From: Macrostomum lignano
Lineage: Eukaryota
NCBI GenBank assembly: GCA_002269645.1
Contig: NIVC01002839.1
Coordinates: 1-64,000 of the forward strand
DNA: 64,000 bases
Direction of reading: 5' to 3'
Under the pieces are notes generated by a model, which worked only from the letters and a program-made list of their open reading frames with translations, was not told the DNA's origin and ran no database searches. This document shows, in pieces, positions 1 to 11,385 of the stretch; position 1 is the first letter of the stretch; every line of letters starts with the position of its first letter. The position numbers were made by a program, and so were the translations under genes.

Positions 1-640
1 CAAAATCTATCTGCATAAAAAATGTCGTTACTTTTAATCTTCTGTAGCCTTCCCTCCATGATTGCCAAGATAAAATAAACTCCTAAAAGATGAAAAAGGG
101 CAGTTAAAAATTCGCTTTCATTATCTTTCTGAACAGCTTTGCTATTCAGTACAAAGGATGCTTCGGTTTAATTAAAAACTAATAATTAGCAAGCGAAATT
201 AAACTCCTTTCCCGTTGAGAACTGAGGCAGGTTCAAGAGCCATTTAGACCTAATCTTCGATATCCGTTAACAAAGGGAAACGCAAACGCGGCTCCACCTC
301 AAATAATTCGCTTCTATCAGCCGAGTAGGACGCAAACCGATGCCGCTCCTTTGTCCAACCTAATCCGAAAGGGGTGGCGCCTGAGCTCTATGAGACACTC
401 GCTTTCCTCAGTCTGCGAATCAGGCTGAAAACCAATGAGACTCTGGCATTGGCCTCATCCCGAGTTCGCCTCAGCCGTTATTGCTTAAAAGTATAAGCCA
501 GACTCCGATGTCTTCCTGCTCAGCTCCCACTAGACATATTTTCCTTCCTTTGGCAAGAGTTTTTGCAGCATTCTGCTATTTTATTTATCCCAGTGACTGA
601 TTAACAGATCAGGTAAGTTAGTTATGCTTTCTGTAAGGTG

Positions 641-1029
<389 letters not shown>

Positions 1030-1361
1030 TTATGAAGTATTGTGTCAATTGTAAGCAGAATGGAAGCCAGTCGGGGTCGAAAAAACAGCAGCAGACTGTT
1101 TTTATCGATTTGAATCACCTGCAGCTGCTTGAATATTTCGACGATAAGTTAGTGGCCTGTGATAAAAAAACAAATTTTCGCACCTGAAGCGCCGGCTATT
1201 TTCAAATAAAATGCGCCAATCTGCAAGTCAACACCTGGAAAAGAAAAAAGTCCAATCTGAGCTAAACAGGGAAATCTGAAAGGTTTTTAACTTCACCTCC
1301 ATTTGGTTTCAAGATTAAAACAGCATATTTCAGCGTTCCACACTGACAGAAGTTTGAGGAC

Positions 1362-2735
1362 AGATCTCTGTTGAACACCTGTGAGAATAGAGATAAGATC
1401 CCTGCTGAACACCTGTGAGAATAAAGATAAGATCCCTGCTGAACACCTGTGAGAATAAAGATGAGATCCCTGTTGAACACCTGTGAGAATGGAGATGAGA
1501 TCCCGGTTGAATACCTGTGAGAATTGAGGTGAGATCCCTGCTGAACACCTGTGAGAATAAAGATGAGATCCCTGTTGAACACCTGTGAGAATGGAGATGA
1601 GATCCCGGTTGAATACCTGTGAGAATTGAGGTGAGATCCCTGTTGAACACCTGTGAGAATAGAGATAAGATCCCTGTTGAACACCTGTAAGAATGGATAT
1701 GACATCCTTGTTGAACACCTGTGAGAATGGATATGACATCCTTGTTGAACACCTGTGAGAATGGAGATAAGATCCCTGTTGAACACCTGTGAAAATAAGA
1801 TCCCTGTTAAACACCTGTGAGAATGGATATGAAATCCCTGTTGAACACCAGTGAGAATGGAGATGAGATCCCTGTTGAACACCTGTGAGAATAGAGATAA
1901 GATCCTGTTGAACACCTGTGAAGATGAGATCCCTGTTGAATACCTGTTAGAATGGAGGTGAGATCCATGTTTAATACCTGTGAGAATGGAGGTGAGATCC
2001 CTGTTGAATACCTGTGAGAATGGAGATGAGATCCCTGCTGAATACCTGTGAGAATGGATATGAAATCCCCGTTGAACACCAGTGAGAATGGAGATAAGAT
2101 CCCTGTTGAACACTTGTGAGAATGGAGATGAGATCCCTGTTGAACACTTGTGAGAATGGAGATAAGATCCCTGTTGAACACTTGTGAGAATGGAGATGAG
2201 ATCCCTGTTGAACACTTGTGAGAATGGAGATAAGATCCCTGTTGAACACTTGTGAGAATGGAGATGAGATCCCTGTTGAACACCTGTGAAAATAAGATCC
2301 CTGTTGAACACCTGTGAGAATAGAGATAAGATCCCTGTTAAACACCTGTGAAGATAAGATCCCTGTTGAACACCTGTGAGAATGGATATGAGATCCCTGT
2401 TGAACACCTGTGAGAATGGATATGAGATCCCTGTTGAATACCTGTTAGAATGGAGGTGAGATCCATGTTTAATACCTGTGAGAATGGAGGTGAGATCCCT
2501 GTTGAATACCTGTGAGAATGGAGATGAGATCCCTGCTGAATACCTGTGAGAATGGAGATGAAATCCCTGTTGAATACCTGTGAGAATGGAGATGAGATCC
2601 CTGCTGAATACCTGTGAGAATGGAGATGAGATCCCTGTTGAATACCTGTGAGAATGGAGATGAGATCCCTGTTGAACACCTGTCGGAATGGAAGTGAGAC
2701 CCCTGTTAAATACCTGTGAGAATGAAGATAAGATT
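1362..2735. repeat. 34-bp minisatellite (GAGATGAGATCCCTGTTGAACACCTGTGAGAATG), about 40 units
   Basis: Unit recurs at 34-bp spacing (e.g. 2521 and 2555). Confidence 0.95.
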
Positions 2736-3149
2736 TCAGTTCATTCGCATTTTGTAAGAACTTAATCTATAAATTCCAGAATATTTATTGATGTTAATTC
2801 CACATCAATGTTAACTCGGCTTTCCATTCGGGGAACAGAACTCGTTTTGCGAGTAATAAAACATTCTGAAATATCGGTGAAATATCGCCATGCAAAAAAC
2901 CCGCTGAAGCTGAGGTTAGCGGCCAATCACACAAGAATGATTGATGCTCTTGAGTTTATTGAGCACGAAATGCGCGCTGTTGATGCAGAGAGTACATCGG
3001 GTTATGGACATTCTCATACTCCTCCGTGTAGTTCCGTGCTGCTTGCTTTGAAAAATTGCCTTCCTGCCTGCGGAGCCCAACGTAAATTGAATTTCTTTAA
3101 TTCCTGTTTGTGTTGAAATGACTGCGACTTTAGATTCTTTTTTTGGTAT

Positions 3150-3772
3150 CCATGAGAAAGTGAGAATCCTGTTGAAATTACCTGTTGAGAGATTGAGACT
3201 CCCGTTGAAGTTGTCTGTTGAGAAAGTGAGACTCCTGTTGAAGTTACCTGTTGAGAGATTGAGACTCCTGTTTAAATTACCTGTTAAGAGAGTGAGACTC
3301 CTGTTTAAATTACCTGTCAAGAGAGTGAGACTCCTGTTTAAATTACCTGTCAAGAGAGTGAGACTCCTGTTAAAGTTACCTGTTGAGAGAGTGAGACTCC
3401 TGTTTAAATTACCTGTCAAGAGAGTGAGACTCCTGTTAAAGTTACCTGTTGAGAGAGTGAGACTCTTGTTTAAATTACCTGTTAAGAGAGTGAGACTCCT
3501 GTTTAAATTACCTGTCAAGAGAGTGAGACTCCTGTTTAAATTACCTGTTAAGAGAGTGAGACTCCTGTTTAAATTACCTGTCAAGAGAGTGAGACTCCTG
3601 TTTAAATTACCTGTTAAGAGAGTGAGACTCCTGTTGAAGTTGTCTGTTAAGAAGGTGAGCCTCCTGTTGAAGTTACCTGTTAAGAGATTGAGACTCCTGT
3701 TGAAGTTTACCTGTGTGAAAGAGTGAGACTCCTGTTGAAGTTACCTGTGTGAGTTTGGGACTCCCGTTAAAT
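3150..3772. repeat. 33-bp minisatellite (GAGACTCCTGTTTAAATTACCTGTCAAGAGAGT), related to the 34-bp array
   Basis: 11-aa periodicity in ORFs 3118 and 2916; shares GAGA..CCTGTT.AA..ACCTGT with the 1362-2735 unit. Confidence 0.93.
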
Positions 3773-3863
3773 GAGTCCTAATGATAATTTAGGTAATTTC
3801 ACAGCAGAATCTAAGAACTAATCAATCGATCGATCCAATCTCATCAGTCCAGAGCCCTCCAGC

Positions 3864-6800
3864 ATGCCTCACTGCATGGGAGTCTGCGCTTGCATCGGAC
3901 ACCAACTCGAGTCCGAGCAGCCTCCTCAACAGCGCTACTCAGTGTGGACTCTGACTCACGGACAAATAGAGGTCAACTTGACCGGCGACAGCTGCGCTCT
4001 GGCTCACGAAATTCCCGTCACGGTGGATTGGCAGAATCGTACAGGTCGCGATTTGGCGAGAGTACTGCTCACGACTTACCTGGCACCGCCTGTGATACTC
4101 ACCACCGTGCTCACCAACATTACTATCTGCATTGTGCTCACTAGAAAGCACATGGTCTCCCCGACCAATATCATTCTGCTGTGCATGGCTCTGTCTGACA
4201 TGCTTACTGGTGAGAATTTTATCATTTTGACTGCGTGCAGCGACTTTTTGTAAACTACTATAAGTAGTTTTGAATAGAAATAGCATCAAACTGATAAAAA
4301 TATATTTGCTCAGTTAGAAATCGAGCAGCAGTGCAAGGGCGCTGTACGAGAAAATTTAAGATTTCCTAAAACTTCATCAAAGCTTAACTAGATTTATTAA
4401 AATTGCATCAATTTTGCTTTAAAAAGCTACGGCTGAACATAGATTTGAACCCGAGTCCTTTGAAATGATAGCGCGACGCGATACCGCTAAGCCGGGAGGA
4501 TCGAAGGCGGAATCTACAGTCTATTAGCAATAGTACAAGCCAGCTAGCAGTCACGTGACCCCAGCAATTTTGCCAACCAATCACAGACAGCCATTTTGGA
4601 GACAATCGACTTTCATGTTATAAAATGCAAGCCAGAAAGTCTGAGATACAAATTGACCACCTTAGCTCTGGCCAAACCGGAAAGTGTATCGACAGAAAAT
4701 CGCATTTTTCGCTTATGCTTTTACTTACGGTTAGCAGCAATTCTGCAGTAGCTACCTGTATTTGAATTCGTGCCATTTTGAGGCGGTTTGTTTTGCTATA
4801 ATAGATTGGAAAAAGAATCACTTCCCAAATTAAGTGGAACTACGAGTTAAGTCTCATGGCAGAGTTATGATCACTGTAGGTTACTCGTAATTAGGGGAAA
4901 GTGCTGATCAATCAATCAATAGATCAACAAACCAATCAACTAATCAATCAAAAAATAAATAAATCAATCAATCAATCAAAAAATAAATAAATCAATTAAT
5001 CAATCAGACAATCAACCAATCAATTAATTAAATTAATAAATCAACTAATCAAATCAATCAGCTATTCAATCAATCAATCAAATCAAATTAAATCACATCA
5101 GTAAATCAATCAATCAATCAATCAACCAATCAAATCAATTAATCAACCATTCAATCAATCAATCGTTGAATTTATCAAAAAATCAAAAAATAGATAAATC
5201 AACCACCAGACCAATCAATCTACAATGAGCCAGTATAAAGAAGAGAGCCAAGCTATCAATCAACAAAAGCATGTAATGAAAACAGGTCTCACGGGTCTGA
5301 TTATGATTTATGATGCATTCCCAATCGATCAATCCTGGCCAATTCGTTGATTCGCTGCAGAAGTCAACATCAAGATTCAAAAAATATATATTCTCAATGA
5401 CTAAAGCTTTACTTGGATTTCTATTACACGAACACAGCTCCATGACAGCTGTGGTCCCTGATAAGCCTATAGCTTAGCGATAGCCTAATTGCTCAAATAG
5501 CTCGTAGGTCTTTAGAAATGCGTTGCTTCTTTGCAAATAGCAAAAATGCGGTCGCGGTTCTCGTAGATGATGGTGGGCTGAATTACAATTGCTTCTAGAA
5601 GCAGCTGGAAGCGAACGTCGCTGGGCAAACATTCTATGAAATTCTCGTGGATTTTTGTTGTACTTTTTAAAAACAAAATATCGTCTTAGTAACAAGTGAC
5701 AGTCAGAGAATACTCTTAGTCTTTAGTTAATAATTCATTCAAAAGCTTCGAAGAAGTCATAAAATCATGAACTCACTCAGGAACTCACGAAATCATTCAG
5801 GAAGTCACCCGCGAACTCACTAAGGAACTCATGAACTTATTCAGTACTCATAAACTCATAAAGGTTTTCGAGAATTCGCAAAGGTACTCATTGAAAAAAG
5901 TCACGAACTCTATCATGACCCCAAACCGCCGCAGGACTGTGCCCGCTGCCCATGTACCTGTTATCGGAGTTCGCCCACAGCTGGACAGTCAGCCAGGTGT
6001 GCCAGAGCCCTCTAGTGGTCAACCTGGTCATGATCAGCTGCAACACGCTGCCAACAATATTTCATACGGTGTCGATTTGGCTAACGGTAATCTTGGCGAT
6101 CCAGCGATGGATTTACATCAATTTCCCCATGTCTGTCAGGAGGTTCTGCACCAATCGAGCCTCAATCAAGGCGGCCATCAGCGTGCTGGCAGTGGTGACC
6201 GCCTTCATGTGCGCCTGGTTCTACATCGATGGGCCGTACAAAATGGCCAACGAAGCTGACGAAAGCGACAGCCTGCAAGAGCAGTTAAAGTTTGTCGTGT
6301 CGTGCACGGAGCTTCAGGAGAGGCCAATCTTCAAATCGATGGTGTACATTCGTACCCTGCTAGCCAACGTGGCCCCCAGCGTCCTGCTGATTGTGTTCAC
6401 CGGCCTGCTGATCAAAGGCATCAGCAGGGCTGCCAGACGGCGGAAAAGTCTGGGCGGCAGCCAGCGACAACGGGCCAAGTCAAAGAGAGCAAAGCCTTCT
6501 TCAACGAATCCGGCAGTGAGTACCTCGACACCGCTGTCTCGGCAAGCTTCAAGTCGGCGAGTTGAAGAGGCCGGCAACACCACCATAATGCTCACCATTG
6601 TAGTTGGCCTATTCATGATCGTTGAGCTGCCTATGACCGTGGTCATGGCACTGTACCTGCTCAGGATGGAAGGCCACGTGACCAACATTGACCTGGTGAT
6701 GGGCTACGCTATGCCCGTCATCAACTTCACCATTCTGGTCACTTATCCGCTGAACTTCTTCATCTATTCGATGATGTCTGCCCAGTTTCGCAATACATTC

Positions 6801-7040
6801 TTCGGCATGTTCAGCGGACTGCAGGAGGCATGGAGGAGGTGGCGCGGCAGGCGGGAGGAGCAGCAGGAGCAGCGCCAGCGGTTGATGAGGGCCCGCGAGG
6901 AGCAGCCACCCATCGAGATGACCGACTTCACTGGGAGAGGAGGACGAGAATGCGGCTACGGCGAAGCCGCAGCTGGCAATAGCGAGGGCGACGGTGACGG
7001 AACTCCGCCGGAAGCTCAGGCTCTGCTGCTCATTGGCTGA
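3864..7040 (+). CDS. Rhodopsin-family peptide GPCR, sex peptide/myoinhibitory peptide (FMRFamide-type) receptor-like, 483 aa
   Basis: Exons 3864-4209 and 5935-7040, phase-1 GT-AG intron, joining SDMLTG-LCPLPMY. Seven hydrophobic segments; TM1 TN, TM3 LAIQRW (QRY-type), TM6 ELP, TM7 YPLNFFIYSMMSAQFR. Confidence 0.9.
4430..4500 (-). mobile_element. Degenerate tRNA-derived (SINE-like) Pol III box pair in the GPCR intron
   Basis: Minus strand has A-box-like GGCTTAGCGGT (4493-4483), B-box GGTTCAAATC (4451-4442) and then TTTTT; acceptor and T stems do not pair. Confidence 0.35.
4905..5250. repeat. Degenerate (ATCA)n low-complexity tract
   Basis: Repeated AATCAATC motifs in the GPCR intron. Confidence 0.8.
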
Positions 7041-7312
7041 CTGATCTGCCTGATTTATGGATTGAAGACTTTTTAGAAGATAAATTGAGATTCAGATTAA
7101 TTGATTAGTTTGTTGATTGATTGATTCGCAAATTGATTTGACGAATAGATAGTTTTTAGTTTATTGGATTTATTAGTTGATTAATTTTTGACAGATGACA
7201 CTGATAAACTGAACAGGTACATGTACAGATAATAGAATAACTAGATATGTAACTCGCAATCAAATTTGTGAAAAGTTGAGTAGTTGTCTGTGCAGTGTCA
7301 CTTAAATTTAAT

Positions 7313-7517
7313 TAGCTCAGCCAATGAGGGAGCAGTAAGGAGAGAGGGTCAAAGTCAGACGGACGAAACTCAGCCTAGGGGGCAGGCCTAACCTAGCTCA
7401 GCCAATGAGAGAGCAGTAAGGAGAGAGGTCAAAGTCAGACGGACGAAACTCAGCCGAGGGGGCAGGCCCAACCTAGCTCAGCCAATGAGAGAGCAGTAAG
7501 GACGAAACCCAGCCTCC
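7313..7517. repeat. 80-81-bp tandem repeat, about 2.5 copies, 3' of the GPCR
   Basis: TAGCTCAGCCAATGAG starts at 7313, 7394 and 7474; the third copy is internally deleted. Confidence 0.9.
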
Positions 7518-7612
7518 CTACATTTACAGGGTAAGAGTGCTAATATAACGGGTTTGCTTGTGGAAGTCCAGAAGGCGATCGCTACAGATTTAAAAAACTC
7601 TCTAGCTAAATT

Positions 7613-9496
7613 TTATAAATCCTCAATTCTACCGTCATAGTAGAGCAAGTTCTTTTTCTCAACAGACACTAATTTGAATTGTCCTTGAATAAACAAATAA
7701 AACTCAAGTTTTGCTTGATAATTGATGTAATGTTGTGCGTTCAACTCTTGTTTACAATGGCACATTGTCAGGTTCCTGGCAGAAACATAGTAGAAAACAT
7801 ATTCATCACAACACTGTTGTTCGTGAATTGAAGCTAGATTTATACTCGTACCATTTTTTTGAGATAAGATATCCCAATTATAGTACAAATGTTATAGATC
7901 AACAAAACACTTGTTTTTGTCTGAAAGACACACTAGTAAAATATTTTACCAATTCATTAAATTTGTGTTTCAGTCCGACACAAATCAGCACTGAGTGCAT
8001 TTGCTATTAATTATTTCGTCGGAAAAAAAGAAATGTAGCATTGAAGGGAATGCAGGGTTAAAGGGAATGTAAGGTTGAAGGGAATGCAGGGTTGAAGGGA
8101 ATGTAGGGTTGAAGGGAATACAGGGTTGAAGGGAATGTAGGGTTGAAGGGAATGCAGGGTTGAAGGGAATGTAGGGTTGAAGGGAATACAGGGTTGAAGG
8201 GAATGTAGGGTTGAAGGGAATACAGGGTTGAAGGGAATGTAGGGTTGAAGGGAATGCAGGGTAAAAAGAAATACAGGTTTGAATTGGGAATGCAGGGTTG
8301 AAGGGAATACAGGGTTGAAGGGAATGCAGGGTTGAAGGGAATACAGGGTTAAATTGGGAATGCAGGGTTGAAGGGAATGCAGGGTTGAAGGGAATGCAGG
8401 TTTGAATTGGGAATGCAGGGTAGAAGGGAATGTAGGGTTGAAAGGAATGCAGGGTTGAATTGGGAATGTAGGGTTGAAGGGAATTTAGGGTTTAAGGGAA
8501 TGCAGGGTTGAAGGGAATGCAGGGTTGAAGGGAATGTAGGGTTGAAGGAAATCCAGGGTTGAAGGAAATGCAGGATTGAAGGGAATGCAGGGTTGAAGGA
8601 AATGCAGGGTTGAAGGGAATGTAGGGTTGAAGGAAATGTAGCATTGAAGGAAATGCAGGGTTGAAGGAAATGCAGGGTTGAAGGAAATGCAGGGTTGAAG
8701 GGAATGCAGGGTTGAAGAGAATACAGGGTTGAAGGGAATGCAGGGTTGAAGGGAATGTAGCATTGAAGGGAATTTAGGGTTGAAGGGAATGTAGGGTTGA
8801 AGATAATACAGGGTTGAAGGGAATGCAGGGTTGAAGGGAATTTAGGGTTAAAGAGAAGACAGGGTTGAAGGGAATGCAGGGTAGAAGTGAATGTAGGGTT
8901 GAAAGGAATGCAGGGTTGAAAGGAATGTAGGGTTGAATTGGGAATGTAGGGTTGAAGAGAATTTAGGGTTTAAGGGAATGCAGGGTTGAAGGGAATGCAG
9001 GGTTGAAGGGAATGCAGGGTTGAAGGAAATGTAGCATTGAAGGAAATCCAGGGTTGAAGGAAATGCAGGATTGAAGGGAATGCAGGGTTGAAGGAAATGT
9101 AGGGTTGAAGGAAATGCAGGGTTGAAGGAAATGCAGGATTGAAGGAAATACAGGGTTGAAGGGAATGTAGGGAGTCTATGAATAGAAAATCTGGGATTTA
9201 AGGCAATGTAGGGGACGTAAAAAGGCTAAATGTGACCAAAATTGAATGAAATGTATCATCATTATCTTTTCATCAAGACATAAGCTTTTATTTCATTGCA
9301 CTCAAAAAAGTGTCGCACACAAACCATGAGCACAATCATCAAGGATATATCATAACTATAGCATTTGTTCTTCAACTCAAAAGCATTCTCAAGGTCGTTA
9401 ATATCTTCCGTCTTTCGATAGTAGCCGATCTGATTGCATGCGCAATCGAAAGTGTCATTCAATCTTGGATGGATATCTCTTGGAATTGACTGGGGC
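7613..9496 (-). pseudogene. Possible two-exon remnant of an unidentified, perhaps TPR-like, gene
   Basis: Strong acceptor before 9496. Segment 9496-9357 (PQSIPRDIHPRLNDTFDCACNQIGYYRKTEDINDLENAFELKNKCY) joins in phase to 7920-7613 through GTTATG...TTTCAG, but there is an in-frame TAA at 7894-7892. Confidence 0.25.
8031..9172. repeat. 17-bp G-rich minisatellite (GAAGGGAATGCAGGGTT), about 65 units
   Basis: Regular 17-bp period with two GGG runs per unit. Confidence 0.96.
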
Positions 9497-9699
9497 CTAC
9501 TAGCCAGAAGAACAACAAAGCGAAATTAACGTGAAAGAGTCAGACAGATTCTAAATATTTCAACAATTGTAAAGTAAAATAAAGCTACCGTTATATATGA
9601 TATTTATATAATCAGGTATCATTTACTCTCGTTTATTTAATAAAATTTGTAATTGGACCGCTCTAAGTAGCATACTAAGCTTTTCAAACTCTTTTTCGC

Positions 9700-9965
9700 G
9701 CGCACTCTCAAAGACTTGTCTGCTGGGTGGTGGCCTGGGTGGACTCGGTCCTAGCACCGTCCCTGATTCCACTTTTGGGTTGGCGGTGCCTTAGTCCATA
9801 GGCTTGGGTTAGTAGTAGTTCACACCCATCCCTAGCCAAGACGTTAGGGTCTAACAAAGTTTAGTGGGTATCTCGGGCTTAGGCCCCTGGAAGTGCCCAT
9901 CAGCGGCAGAGCCCCTCCCAGGGCTGATCCGCGGGTAGCCCCCGACTTCCCACCCCGTTTAACAA
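9700..9965. other. GC-rich hairpin-forming element of unknown class next to a telomeric tract
   Basis: Nested pairings GCCT/AGGC (9733/9800), TGGACT/AGTCCA (9740/9793), GCACCG/CGGTGC (9754/9784); further hairpins CTTGG..CCAAG and AGCCC..GGGCT. Confidence 0.5.
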
Positions 9966-10033
9966 CAGGGTCAGGGTTAGGGTTAGGGTTAGGGTTAGGG
10001 TCAGGGTCAGGGTCAGGGTCAGGGTAGGGTTAG
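9966..10033 (+). repeat. Interstitial telomeric sequence (TTAGGG x4 with TCAGGG variants)
   Basis: CAGGG TCAGGG (TTAGGG)4 (TCAGGG)4 TAGGG TTAG. Confidence 0.92.
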
Positions 10034-10725
10034 TCGTAGTCTCGGGTCCCTGTTAGAATAACAAAAGTAACAAATAGCTATATTAACAATAATAATAATT
10101 CGTGGAATAAATCAGTTATTACAGGTAATAAACACAGATAAGTATCAAGGGTCTCGCCTCGTTAAACCTCTGTAAAAATAATAACTTTATGTACACTTCA
10201 GTTTTGAAGAGACAAAAAATCTAGCATGGCTAAAAGTTTTCTATTAATTATAAAAATCTAACGTTGGCCGCAAAAAATATATAACAAATTTATAACAAAA
10301 ATGAACAGGAAATTCGCGTCAACTTTTATTTTCAGATAAAAAAGCATACTAATAAACGCATAAACTACTTGCCTATTAGAGTGAATTGAGACAGTAGACA
10401 GATTGGATTTTTTGTTCAAATCAGGAGATTTGAGATTGAGAAGGAACAGATGAAAAAAAATAAAGCATATTATAGAAGTGTACCTATGCAAGTTATTATA
10501 ATACGTTATTTTACAATACATAGCTATATCAGTAGGCACTTTATTCATATAAAAGTAGCAAGCAACTAAAACAAAGAAGCGTAGTTAAAAAAATAAATTA
10601 CGAAGAAAGTTTGCAAGCTAAACAATCCTGACAAATCTATCAGTTGAAACACGGAAGTCAACAGGCAATTAGTAACAATCATTTAGCTCGATCGTGCGAC
10701 AATGTTGGAGGTAGAAAGAGATTCA

Positions 10726-10985
10726 GGGTTGGTTTCTAACTATTCAGGAGTGGTTTCTAAATATTTAGGGGTGGTTTCTAACCTATTCAGGAGTGGTTTC
10801 TAACTATTCAGGAGTGGTTTCTAACTATTCAGGGGTGGTTTCTAACTATTCAGGGGTGGTTTCTAACTATTCAGGGGTGGTTTCTAACTATTCAGGGGTG
10901 GTTTCTAACTATTCAGGGGTGGTTTCTAACTATTCAGGGTTGGTTTGTAACTATTCAGGGCGATTCCTACCATTCAGGGGTGATT
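10726..10985. repeat. 21-bp minisatellite (GGTGGTTTCTAACTATTCAGG), about 11 units
   Basis: 7-aa periodicity in ORF 10793. Confidence 0.93.
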
Positions 10986-11385
10986 TACTAACTAATTTCA
11001 GGTGTAATTCCTAACTGAATATTGAGGGCCGATTCCTTACGATTTCCTATAAAATACTCATTACTATTAAGAAGCAAAATCTATATAACGTTACAAGACC
11101 AAGGCGGGACATGTTTATTTACCTATCACAGCTACTATATTCAGAAGGCTCTGAAAGCTTGGTGACATAACAATTTTACAAATTAGAAGCAAAATTCAAT
11201 AAGTAAAAACGCTTGAAAATTAAAAAGAAAGAAGAGCATCTCGGATCTCTGTCAAATGGCTAATTTCAAAATTTTCATTTTGGCATTTTTGACTTTCACG
11301 AAGTTGTGATAAACATGTGCATCCCTGTCACCTGTAGGAGTGCACCTGTTAACTGTTTTCGATTGAAGTTATTACAGACTGGTTG

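Noticed and set aside
205-530. CpG-rich segment with small hairpins (CCAATG..CATTGG) as an ncRNA or ribozyme
   Set aside because: No complete hammerhead core, Pol III boxes or recognisable family motif on either strand; left unassigned.
7313-7517. Hammerhead-like words (ATGAG ... GGACGAAAC) in the 80-bp repeat
   Set aside because: The core reads CCAATGA rather than CTGATGA, and no GTCC partner exists to form stem II.
9700-10054. Telomerase RNA, RNase P/MRP or hammerhead identity for the structured element
   Set aside because: The telomeric tract is far longer than a template, the P/MRP-like words are in the wrong order, and the CTGATG...GAGA core is incomplete.
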